From IMG/VR virus record IMGVR_UViG_3300028284_000009, positions 1 to 53,903 of that record: DNA of 53,903 bases; one strand, given 5' to 3'. The translations under genes were made by a program, and so were the position numbers. Shown one piece after another: positions 7,340 through 15,747 of the stretch (positions within the stretch are counted from its first letter, which is position 1; every line of letters begins with the position of its first letter). The notes under the pieces are model-generated. The model ran no database searches, was not told the DNA's origin, and saw nothing but the letters and a program-made list of their open reading frames with translations. The stretch is from a virus (lineage: Duplodnaviria; Caudoviricetes).

Positions 7340-7567
7340 CTAGACTATTTCTTTGTCTCTCAAGATTACTGGAATACTTGTTGATGAAGTATAAGACTTA
7401 TATTTGATGAAACAATTCATAGTTTCTAATTTGTCTTTCATGATACTATATACTTTATCATGATTGTATGTTACTTGTTTTCCAGATTTGAATGTTACTT
7501 CAATGATTTGATTCTTTCCGATTAATGATTTTCTTACTACGAATCTTTTACTTTTTAATGTTGACAT
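7340..7567 (-). CDS. Basic 75-aa protein, paralog of 6321-6548
   Basis: Gap-free alignment to 6321-6548. Confidence 0.85.
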   Translation of the reverse strand: MSTLKSKRFVVRKSLIGKNQIIEVTFKSGKQVTYNHDKVYSIMKDKLETMNCFIKYKSYTSSTSIPVILRDKEIV

Positions 7568-7606
7568 AATTTAGTTATTTAGTTATTATTATTATTTAGT
7601 TACAGT

Positions 7607-7642
7607 TATATTATCTAATGATACTCGTATTTTCTTTGTAAA
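7607..7642 (-). promoter_or_regulatory. Early repeat/promoter copy 12
   Basis: TATATTATC-taatgatact-CGTATTTTCTTTGTAAA. Confidence 0.8.
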
Positions 7643-7643
7643 A

Positions 7644-7814
7644 TTATATAGTTTTATAAGTTATATAATTTTGGTCAAGAAGTTTATATATTTTTTCTGG
7701 GTCAAAGGTTGAAAGGATAGTTAATTTATTATTTATAAATTGAATTCTATAATGGTTATTGGTTAAGATATTGGTAGTTAATTTAATTTGGTATTTATTA
7801 ATTTTTAAAATCAT
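7644..7814 (-). CDS. Small extremely G-poor ORF (56 aa), first gene of the early unit
   Basis: MILKINKYQIKLTTNILTNNHYRIQFINNKLTILSTFDPEKIYKLLDQNYITYKTI; fills the gap between repeat copies 13 and 12. Confidence 0.55.
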   Translation of the reverse strand: MILKINKYQIKLTTNILTNNHYRIQFINNKLTILSTFDPEKIYKLLDQNYITYKTI

Positions 7815-7879
7815 AATTTATTTATTTATTTAATTATTATTATTATTATTATTTATTATTATTATTATTTGGTTACAGA

Positions 7880-7915
7880 TATATTATCCAACAACAAGCG
7901 TATTATTTTTGTAAA
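7880..7915 (-). promoter_or_regulatory. Early repeat/promoter copy 13 (outermost)
   Basis: TATATTATC-caacaacaag-CGTATTATTTTTGTAAA, followed by an (AAT)n leader at about 7833-7870. Confidence 0.8.
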
Positions 7916-8150
7916 CTTGTCGGTGCGATCAGCAAGATGCTATACATTTTTCTAAAGAAAAAAGATAGAAGGTTGTAGAAAAAGTCTAAGTAGTAGGGGG
8001 TATTGTCACAAAAAGTCGTTATATATACACAAAAACGCAAAAAAACAAGGGGGGCCCGGCAATTTGAAACGAATTTGGTAAACAGTTGGTAGTCAGCGAG
8101 ATAGGGGGTAACACTTTTCCCCACAATTTCTAACAATTTTTTTAAAAACA

Positions 8151-8195
8151 GGGACATTAGCCTTATAGAGTATAGAGTAAGGGGCTATTGTCACA
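8151..8195. repeat. Imperfect inverted-repeat element, copy B
   Basis: GGGACATTAGCCTTA-N12-TAAGGGGCTATTGTCACA. Confidence 0.7.
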
Positions 8196-8267
8196 CTGAC
8201 CACATATACGTCAAGTGTAAAATAAGGCCATTTCGTGTAAGTATATAGACTATGTAATTTAAAGAAC

Positions 8268-8540
8268 ATGGGAAAACAAAAACTAAGCGCTAAAGCAGCG
8301 AGAGATAAGGCGATTAGAGACTTAGCGGCGGCTAACACAAAAGACAGGAAAGAGAAAAGGGCAGAAAGCCAAATGGAGAGGCGAGCAGCAGAGAAGAAGC
8401 ATGGAGCGAACTGGTTAATTGGTAAAGATTACGATCACAATACTGGTAGATTCACATCGGCAAAGCACAATAGAGGCGGAACACAAGCGAAAGGAAAGAA
8501 AGACGGTACTAAAGCAGAAAAAAAACAATCTAAAAAATAA
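8268..8540 (+). CDS. Small basic protein with degenerate HNH-like motif
   Basis: K/R-rich; GKDYDH...SAKHNRG resembles minimal phage HNH proteins. Confidence 0.6.
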   Translation: MGKQKLSAKAARDKAIRDLAAANTKDRKEKRAESQMERRAAEKKHGANWLIGKDYDHNTGRFTSAKHNRGGTQAKGKKDGTKAEKKQSKK

Positions 8541-8543
8541 AAC

Positions 8544-9092
8544 ATGGCAAATATTTCAAGTTACCCAAGCAAAGCACCTAAGCTAAGTGATATAATGATC
8601 TTCTCAGAGACGTATGACGCCGATGCAGCAAGTCCAGTGGTTGGTAACCCAACTAAAAGCACTTCAGTATCAGGTATTGGAGCAGCTATCTCCCCTACTA
8701 TCGCAACAGGTACTATTAACACTATAGCGATGTTCACAACAGCTAATAAAACTGGTGATTCACCTATTGTATATGATGGTTCTAGCTCCACGGCTATAAC
8801 AGGTGATTTAAACGCTTCGAACGATTTAACAGCCGGTAGAGATCTTACTGTTACAAGAACTGCTAATATTTCTGATTTAAATACCACTGGATCAGCTGTT
8901 ATTGGAGGTAACATTACTGGAAACAGCAATATTACAGCACTTAACAACGTTTCTGTTGGTAATGACTTAAGCGTTATTGGTAAAACACTAATAGCAGTGG
9001 ATGAATACAATGACAATGCTGATGCATTAGCCGGAGGTGAAGTAATAGGTACAATTTACAGGAATGGCGACTTACTTAAAATAGTACATTAA
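8544..9092 (+). CDS. Putative virion fibre/decoration protein
   Basis: T/G/N-rich beta-strand repeats (GDLNAS, NDLTAG, NDLSVIG); C-terminal EYNDNADALAGG..IGTIYR. Confidence 0.65.
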   Translation: MANISSYPSKAPKLSDIMIFSETYDADAASPVVGNPTKSTSVSGIGAAISPTIATGTINTIAMFTTANKTGDSPIVYDGSSSTAITGDLNASNDLTAGRDLTVTRTANISDLNTTGSAVIGGNITGNSNITALNNVSVGNDLSVIGKTLIAVDEYNDNADALAGGEVIGTIYRNGDLLKIVH

Positions 9093-9098
9093 TAGAAC

Positions 9099-9800
9099 AT
9101 GGCAATAATAAACTCTTATCCAAAGGACAAAAACATTCAAGACAAAGACGCTTGGATAGGAACTGACTCATATAACAGACAAACTAGACAATATACAGCT
9201 GAAGCTGTCGCTAAGTACCTAAACGTAAAAGGAAAGGTGTCTATAGCTGGTCAAGTTAATTACAAGTTTGTTCAGTTACCAAAAACAGGTGCAGGAACAA
9301 TAGCATTAACAGCTGGAGGAGGGGATGGTACACCCTTTTCTAATTTAACTGAGTTTAAAATCTCAAAAGTAGACTTATCTGGTCAAACAGTAGTTGCTTA
9401 TTTAGATTTTCTTGTAGATCAAGAGATTCTAATCATGAGCCAAACAGATAAAGAAGCTTTTGGGCATTATAAAATCACTTCTTACGTAGTGGACTCTGCA
9501 AATAGTAATTTTTACACGCTTCAACTAGCTTTTTTAGCTGGTAACGGTAGTATTACGATAGATGATTATTACGACATCGTTAATTTTACTTTTGGTAAAG
9601 ATGCGGACAAAACGTTTGAATTTACACAACCTACTCCATCAGTAGAGTGGACAATACAGCATGATATGGGTAAATTTCCATCGGTATCTGTGGTTAACAA
9701 TAATAATATACTAATGTACGGTAACACTACATACGTAGACACAAACAACTTAATAATAAACTTTACAGCTGGCTTCTCGGGCAAAGCGTACCTAAACTAA
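9099..9800 (+). CDS. Putative virion structural (fibre base) protein
   Basis: C-terminal WTIQHDMGKFPSVSVV...FSGKAYLN module typical of phage fibre proteins. Confidence 0.65.
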   Translation: MAIINSYPKDKNIQDKDAWIGTDSYNRQTRQYTAEAVAKYLNVKGKVSIAGQVNYKFVQLPKTGAGTIALTAGGGDGTPFSNLTEFKISKVDLSGQTVVAYLDFLVDQEILIMSQTDKEAFGHYKITSYVVDSANSNFYTLQLAFLAGNGSITIDDYYDIVNFTFGKDADKTFEFTQPTPSVEWTIQHDMGKFPSVSVVNNNNILMYGNTTYVDTNNLIINFTAGFSGKAYLN

Positions 9801-9810
9801 ATTAAAAAAA

Positions 9811-11274
9811 ATGGCAATTAATTATTTAAACAATGTTGATTTTAACAGAAACGAACTGCAAGATGCGCAGCTGATAAGATCACAAGTAGAAAACCAACCA
9901 AACGACGCCGCTGTAGGTGGAACACCTGTAGAAGGTCAGTTATATTTTAACACATCGAGTGATGTACTAAAAGTGTACGCTAACGGAGCTTGGGTAGAAG
10001 TAGGTGGTGGAGTAGAAACAATTACTACAACAGATGGTACTTACATCGACTTAACACCTAACTCCGCAACATCGGGAGCGGTAACTGTAACAGCGGATCT
10101 TTCTGCTGCTGATGGTACAGCGACTGCAGCCTCTAGGTTCTTAACAAAAGATAATACCTGGGCAACGGTTCCTCAAGGTGATATAACTGGTCTTACAGGA
10201 GGTACTTATATTAACATCGATAACCCAGGAGGTCCGATACCTACTATTAATCACGACGCTACAACAAGAACGGATGGAACAACAGCAGAGACATTAACCT
10301 ATGGTGGTACTTTTACTGCTTACACAGATGTAACTACAAATGCTACTGGTCACGTCACTGACTCAGAAGAGACTACTTTCACGATGCCAGCGGCAATAAC
10401 GTACGATCTAACAACAGCTCCAACTGGAACTGCTATAAGATTGACAGATGGATCGAATGTAGATGATGTAACGATATCAGGTACGGGTTCAGAAGTAGAT
10501 GTAACAAGGATTAGCGCGACTGAATTAAGAATCGGTCTTCCAGCTGACGTTGTAATAACAGACACTTTAGAAGTTGGAGACAACCTACTAGTTACCGGAG
10601 ACGCTCAGTTCGACGGTACTGCTTTTGACATTGCTTCAGGGGCAGCTATTGATTTTGGTAACAACAGGATTACTGAAGTTGCAGATCCAACAGCCGCGCA
10701 AGACGCAGCTACAAAGGCTTATGTTGATAGTTCAAACGCTGGGCAACTAGTGTACCAAGGTGGTTATAATGCAAATACGAATGTACCTAACTTAGACAAC
10801 ACGCCTACGATTACGATTAACAAAGGATTCACATGGACTGTTACTGCTGATGGATTATTCTTCACGGAGCAAGTTAGAGTTGGTGACTTAATCGTCGCTA
10901 ATGTAAACTCTCCTACAGCGCTAGCTGATTGGACGACAGTTCAAAACAATGTGGATCTAGCTGATCTAACAACTGTAGGTATTGGTAATGTAAACGCTGG
11001 TACTGGTATATCGGTTGCATACTCTTCAGGAACTGCCACTGTAACAAATACAGATACAAATACTTCTAACACCGACACGGGTACTATCGCGATTGGTAGT
11101 CTAACAGGGACAGTTAATCATAACTTTGGTACTAAAAACACTATAGTTCAAACAATAGACAGCTCAGGTGATACAGTTTACTGTGATGTATCTAGAGCAA
11201 ACAACTCCGTTACAGCAACAATTTCAACAGCTCAAACAGGAGCAATAACTATACTAGTTCAGAAGATAGGATAG
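9811..11274 (+). CDS. Tail fibre-like structural protein
   Basis: Thr/Gly-rich; GQLYFNT, ADPTAAQDAATKAYVD and HNFGTK motifs. Confidence 0.7.
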   Translation: MAINYLNNVDFNRNELQDAQLIRSQVENQPNDAAVGGTPVEGQLYFNTSSDVLKVYANGAWVEVGGGVETITTTDGTYIDLTPNSATSGAVTVTADLSAADGTATAASRFLTKDNTWATVPQGDITGLTGGTYINIDNPGGPIPTINHDATTRTDGTTAETLTYGGTFTAYTDVTTNATGHVTDSEETTFTMPAAITYDLTTAPTGTAIRLTDGSNVDDVTISGTGSEVDVTRISATELRIGLPADVVITDTLEVGDNLLVTGDAQFDGTAFDIASGAAIDFGNNRITEVADPTAAQDAATKAYVDSSNAGQLVYQGGYNANTNVPNLDNTPTITINKGFTWTVTADGLFFTEQVRVGDLIVANVNSPTALADWTTVQNNVDLADLTTVGIGNVNAGTGISVAYSSGTATVTNTDTNTSNTDTGTIAIGSLTGTVNHNFGTKNTIVQTIDSSGDTVYCDVSRANNSVTATISTAQTGAITILVQKIG

Positions 11275-11296
11275 TAATAAATAAAAAGATTACTAT

Positions 11297-13870
11297 ATGG
11301 CAATTAAATTTTTAAACAACTCGAGCGTAACAGGTCAGCTAACAGTCACTAATGGAATAGAGATGACTAGTGGTAATTTCAATGCTGGAGACAACGAGAG
11401 GATTAGGCTCGGTAACTCTGCTGATCTTCAAATATACCATGACGGAAGTAATAGTTTTATACAAGACGCAGGGACTGGAAGCTTAAAAACTGTAACAAGT
11501 GGTTTTCAATTGTTGAATTCTACTCAAACTCAGTTTATGATGCTTGCTGACGGAGGTGCTACAAGTTGGATTAAGTTATACTACTCAGGAAGTGAAAGAC
11601 TCGCAACCACAAGCACAGGTATCTACGTGACAGGTGAAGGTTACTCAACAGCAGGTTGGGGAGTTGGTACGGGAGAAACACCTGTTGGTAAAATATTTAA
11701 TAACTCAGGAGTATTTAATGTTAGAGCAGAAACAGCAAGGGAAATTGCTTTTGGAAACGTAACTAATGGAGAAGCTGTTAGGATTGATACAGTAGGTAAC
11801 GTAGGTATTGGGACGACAAGTCCAACATCTAAATTAACAATTAGTTCTGGTGTAGGTGGTGACGGTAGCTGGAACGATTCAGGTATACTGGTTGAAAATA
11901 CTTCAACTACGACTGGAGAACCTACTTTAGCTTTCAGAAACGCAGGCACAGCTGGGACTGGCTCAAGTTATTGGTTTACAGGTTTAAATCAATCAAATTT
12001 ATATAAAATAGCTTTCGGAACATCTTTTACAGACGGCAACACTAAGCTTGAGCTTTCTACCACTGGAGGTTTAAGATTAAATTCTTATACGCAAGGTTTT
12101 TTACAAACTGATGCTAATGGAAATGTAAGCACGTCAGGCGGCGGTGTATTACCTGGTGGTCCTTACTTACCGCTTACAGCTGGGTCGGGATCTCCTTTAA
12201 CAGGTGATTTATACATAACTAAAAACTCTCCCTTACTAACAATAACCGATACGTTAGCAAGTGATTTAAAACTTGAAATAAAGCAGTCTGGTTCGACTGC
12301 TAATTTTATGTCAAGAGGTGGTACTTCCAGCAAGGGTCAATTCAATTTTAGAATAACAGACGGATCAACAATTACTAGTGCTTTATTTATAAATCAACAA
12401 GCTAACGTCGGAATCGGGACGACTAGTCCTGGAACTGATCTAGAAATTGGAGATGGTACAGGTTCACCTGGTTTAACTTTAAACAAAGCAACTACAGGTA
12501 CAGCTTCTTTATTTTTTGATAACGCAGGAAATAACAAAAACTGGATAAAGGCTGACGCAACGGAGAGTTTAATATTTGGAACTAATAATAGTACAAATGT
12601 AACTATAAAAGAAGGCGGTAACGTAGGTATCGGGACGACTAGTCCTCAATCAAAGTTAGATGTAAAATTAGTTAATAATTCAACCGCTAATATTGGAGGC
12701 ACTATATCTGTTGGGGCTTTTGCTGGTTTGTCTTTTGGATATTCCGAAGTAGGTAATTCTAATTATAGGCATTCAGCAATTGTATTTGAAAGAGATGATG
12801 CTGCTTTTGGTGACGCAAGAGGTAAGGTACATATATTAAACAGCCCCTCTGGAAGTACGAGTGCTGACTTAGGAGATGCTAGATTAACAATACTACCTAC
12901 CGGTAAAGTCGGTATCGGGACGACTAACCCTTATTCTGCTCTACAAGTTGGTGACCCTGAACAAACTACAGCTGCAGAGTTAACAATAGCTAGTAGATAC
13001 GGGTCTTCAGCGCCTATACTTAACTTTAGATCTGGTCACGCTTCAAATAATAATGTTTGGAATATGGCTCGTATTGTAGCTACTGATGATGGTAACTATA
13101 ATGGTAGGTTAGAGTTTAGAACGTCTAATAGTGGTCAAGCTGATCCAACTGTTAAAATGGTCATCAAAGCTACAGGTAACGTCGGGATCGGAACAACAGC
13201 TCCGTCGCAAAAACTTCACGTAGCTGGTAACATGAGGTTACAGAATCAATTATATGATTCAACTAACTCGATTGGTAGCAATGGTCAGGTGCTTACAAAG
13301 ACATCGGCAGGTACTATATGGGCAGACAATAGAGGTCTAACACCAACAACACCTGGTGGAATAGTAGCCACGATTGTAGGGGAGACAATAGAGATAGCTT
13401 TTAACCAGTCAACAACGTCTAACATAGATTATTATCAAGTATGGTCCTCTGATGACGGAGGTGATTACGGTATTATAGGTCAGATTGCACCATCGGACTT
13501 TTCTTCGACTATGACAGTCGTGGATACTACTTTCGTTACAGGAGGAACAATGTCTTATAGAGTTTACGCCGTTAAATCAGGAGTTTACTCTCCAGCAGGA
13601 ACAGTTAGCAAAGCTTATACTGTAAGCGCGTTATCCGTGACGAATATGACTGTTGTAAACCTCAACACAGCTTACTACATACAATACGAAAAACCTCTTT
13701 CAAGATTCATAGACCACGTAGAAATATACATGGATTCTCAAACAACCTCAGCAGCTTTAAGCAGGTCAAATGCTAGTATAGTTTATAGTGGTCAAAACGC
13801 ATCGTACATGAGAAATGTTGGTACTAGTAATAATTTTCACCAGTTTTGGGTAGAAATAGTAACATCTTAG
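11297..13870 (+). CDS. Tail fibre protein with GNVGIGTT repeats and C-terminal FN3-like domains
   Basis: Five (G/A)(N/K)VGIGTT(S/N/A)P repeats; DLQIYHDG motif; C-terminal IDYYQVW...YRVYAV beta-sandwich pattern. Confidence 0.8.
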   Translation: MAIKFLNNSSVTGQLTVTNGIEMTSGNFNAGDNERIRLGNSADLQIYHDGSNSFIQDAGTGSLKTVTSGFQLLNSTQTQFMMLADGGATSWIKLYYSGSERLATTSTGIYVTGEGYSTAGWGVGTGETPVGKIFNNSGVFNVRAETAREIAFGNVTNGEAVRIDTVGNVGIGTTSPTSKLTISSGVGGDGSWNDSGILVENTSTTTGEPTLAFRNAGTAGTGSSYWFTGLNQSNLYKIAFGTSFTDGNTKLELSTTGGLRLNSYTQGFLQTDANGNVSTSGGGVLPGGPYLPLTAGSGSPLTGDLYITKNSPLLTITDTLASDLKLEIKQSGSTANFMSRGGTSSKGQFNFRITDGSTITSALFINQQANVGIGTTSPGTDLEIGDGTGSPGLTLNKATTGTASLFFDNAGNNKNWIKADATESLIFGTNNSTNVTIKEGGNVGIGTTSPQSKLDVKLVNNSTANIGGTISVGAFAGLSFGYSEVGNSNYRHSAIVFERDDAAFGDARGKVHILNSPSGSTSADLGDARLTILPTGKVGIGTTNPYSALQVGDPEQTTAAELTIASRYGSSAPILNFRSGHASNNNVWNMARIVATDDGNYNGRLEFRTSNSGQADPTVKMVIKATGNVGIGTTAPSQKLHVAGNMRLQNQLYDSTNSIGSNGQVLTKTSAGTIWADNRGLTPTTPGGIVATIVGETIEIAFNQSTTSNIDYYQVWSSDDGGDYGIIGQIAPSDFSSTMTVVDTTFVTGGTMSYRVYAVKSGVYSPAGTVSKAYTVSALSVTNMTVVNLNTAYYIQYEKPLSRFIDHVEIYMDSQTTSAALSRSNASIVYSGQNASYMRNVGTSNNFHQFWVEIVTS

Positions 13871-13872
13871 AT

Positions 13873-14028
13873 ATGGAAGAAACTAGAGAGTATTGGTTAA
13901 ATTGTTTAGCCGAGTATGAAGAAGCGTTGGAACAGGAGTTCTTAATGAAAGAAGGAAAAGGATTTAACGATAACATGATACAATTACTTAAATTTGAAAT
14001 AAACGAATGTATAAAACATCTAGCCTAG
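13873..14028 (+). CDS. Small acidic helical protein (possible fibre chaperone)
   Basis: MEETREYWLNCLAEYEE...; ATG follows the upstream stop. Confidence 0.55.
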   Translation: MEETREYWLNCLAEYEEALEQEFLMKEGKGFNDNMIQLLKFEINECIKHLA

Positions 14029-15746
14029 AAAGATCACATATAAATTCCATAGTTGGAGCTATAACAAACGACTATCAAGGTCAAGTGGCTATAGTACCTG
14101 TAACTAAAAGAGGTATGAGCAATACTACTGTAAGTAGTGGTTCTGGTGAATATGACGGTGGAGATAGAGTTATCGGTTGGAATAATGGCTATGAGATAGA
14201 CGGGGATTTACTTTTTACTGTAGGTTGGGGTGATGGATTTGCTGTTCGTAGAATAAACAACGATGGAACAATGACGAGGTTGTTTTTTGATAGCAATTTC
14301 TTATGGAGAGACACTACCTCTACTTATAACCACTTACAGTCTGTAGCTATAGATAAAACAAATAAAATAGGTGTTGTAATGACTTACAATGTCGAAGGCT
14401 ACACTACTTTTGACTATAGTGGTTGTATTAACGGAGGGACAACGTTCGTTAAAGACCCTAGACCTACTCACAGTAATCCAGACTTTTTCATAGGTTCACA
14501 AGACACAGGTGGTGGTTATGTAAATAGAGTGGGTGGTGGATACTATAGCGGTTTAGCTGCTGCAGGTGAATGGATTTACGCTTCTGACCACGATGCTCAT
14601 CACTATAAAAAAGTAATGAGAAAAAACATAAACACAGGAGTTGAAGAAAGATTGTCGACTACGGACACTAATGTTATGTATCCTGGATCTGCTCCTGAAG
14701 ATAGAAATGGCTATAGAGGTAAATGCGCATACGACGAAGTTAACGATAGGATTATGTATGGTAAGTTCTATAATGCAAACTTTGTATTGGTGTTAGACGC
14801 GTCTACAGCTAATCCTAGAACGGTTTGGTGTGATATGGCTGACGCTGGTCAAGGAGATGACGGATATGAGCATGGGTTTTTTGTTCCAGATCCTGTTAAC
14901 GAACCTAACGTTATCTGGGTTGGATGTAATACTAGGTTTTCTAAAATGGATGTTACACCTTGCTTTTCTGGCAACACAGCTACTATTTTAGAAGTGGTAT
15001 TCGTTGGAAGTCAAAACCCTGGTAACAACTATGCTGTAGAATCTAGAGCAGGTACAAAATACCAATCTGCTGAAAGCGGTCAACCAACAGACAAAATGCC
15101 AGGGCATCCTAACTTTATGCCTACATCATCGGATAGAGGTAAAGCTATGATTCCAGGTTGGATAGATGAAGAAAACAATAGAGTAGTAGCGTTATTAAGA
15201 CACGATAACACAACTGAAGATACAACTTCCTTAGGTAGAGGTAGGTCGTATAGAAGTGATTATGGTAACAACCTAGTTAGAATGTACTCAGCAAATGGGA
15301 CACCTTGGTGGGTCCAAACAGGATATGGTTATGATGGTCATGGTTTTAGAATATGGAGTGACACATACAAAAATGAACTAATTGAAAACTGGAGTGTAGA
15401 ATATGGTACTTACGCTTTGGCTAACGAAGCTAACATAAACTTTGTTTTTTGGAATCGAATAGATTACTTTATTCCATCGGGTTGTACCTTAAGCTTTTTT
15501 GTATCAAACAACAATGGTAGTACATGGGAGTCTTATAATGGCACAGAAACAACGGAACACAACTTTACATCAACAGGTAGTCAATTACTGTGTAAGGTGC
15601 AAGGAGATGGTACAGTTGCTAAAAACGCTTACAAAATGAGTGATAGTAAAGACAGTATAATATTAGGTACAAAGTACGCTTCAGAAATGGATCCTAGTAT
15701 TAAGAGCAAGATGACAAAATTTAAACTAAAAGGTAAAAAAATATAA
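14007..15746 (+). CDS. Beta-rich putative receptor-binding/fibre-associated protein
   Basis: 579 aa rich in G/D/N/Y/W, propeller-like strands; VSNNNGSTW motif; position within the fibre cluster. Confidence 0.55.
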   Translation: MYKTSSLERSHINSIVGAITNDYQGQVAIVPVTKRGMSNTTVSSGSGEYDGGDRVIGWNNGYEIDGDLLFTVGWGDGFAVRRINNDGTMTRLFFDSNFLWRDTTSTYNHLQSVAIDKTNKIGVVMTYNVEGYTTFDYSGCINGGTTFVKDPRPTHSNPDFFIGSQDTGGGYVNRVGGGYYSGLAAAGEWIYASDHDAHHYKKVMRKNINTGVEERLSTTDTNVMYPGSAPEDRNGYRGKCAYDEVNDRIMYGKFYNANFVLVLDASTANPRTVWCDMADAGQGDDGYEHGFFVPDPVNEPNVIWVGCNTRFSKMDVTPCFSGNTATILEVVFVGSQNPGNNYAVESRAGTKYQSAESGQPTDKMPGHPNFMPTSSDRGKAMIPGWIDEENNRVVALLRHDNTTEDTTSLGRGRSYRSDYGNNLVRMYSANGTPWWVQTGYGYDGHGFRIWSDTYKNELIENWSVEYGTYALANEANINFVFWNRIDYFIPSGCTLSFFVSNNNGSTWESYNGTETTEHNFTSTGSQLLCKVQGDGTVAKNAYKMSDSKDSIILGTKYASEMDPSIKSKMTKFKLKGKKI

Positions 15747-15747
15747 T

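Noticed and set aside
463-7915. 36-bp repeats as a CRISPR array
   Set aside because: Intervals are 40-980 bp and contain genes, the repeat centre is variable, and no cas genes are present
7903-8338. Minus-strand ORFs 7903-8157 and 8093-8338
   Set aside because: They overlap repeat elements and the 8268 gene, have no promoter copy upstream and show atypical composition; the LQK* end is imposed by the repeat
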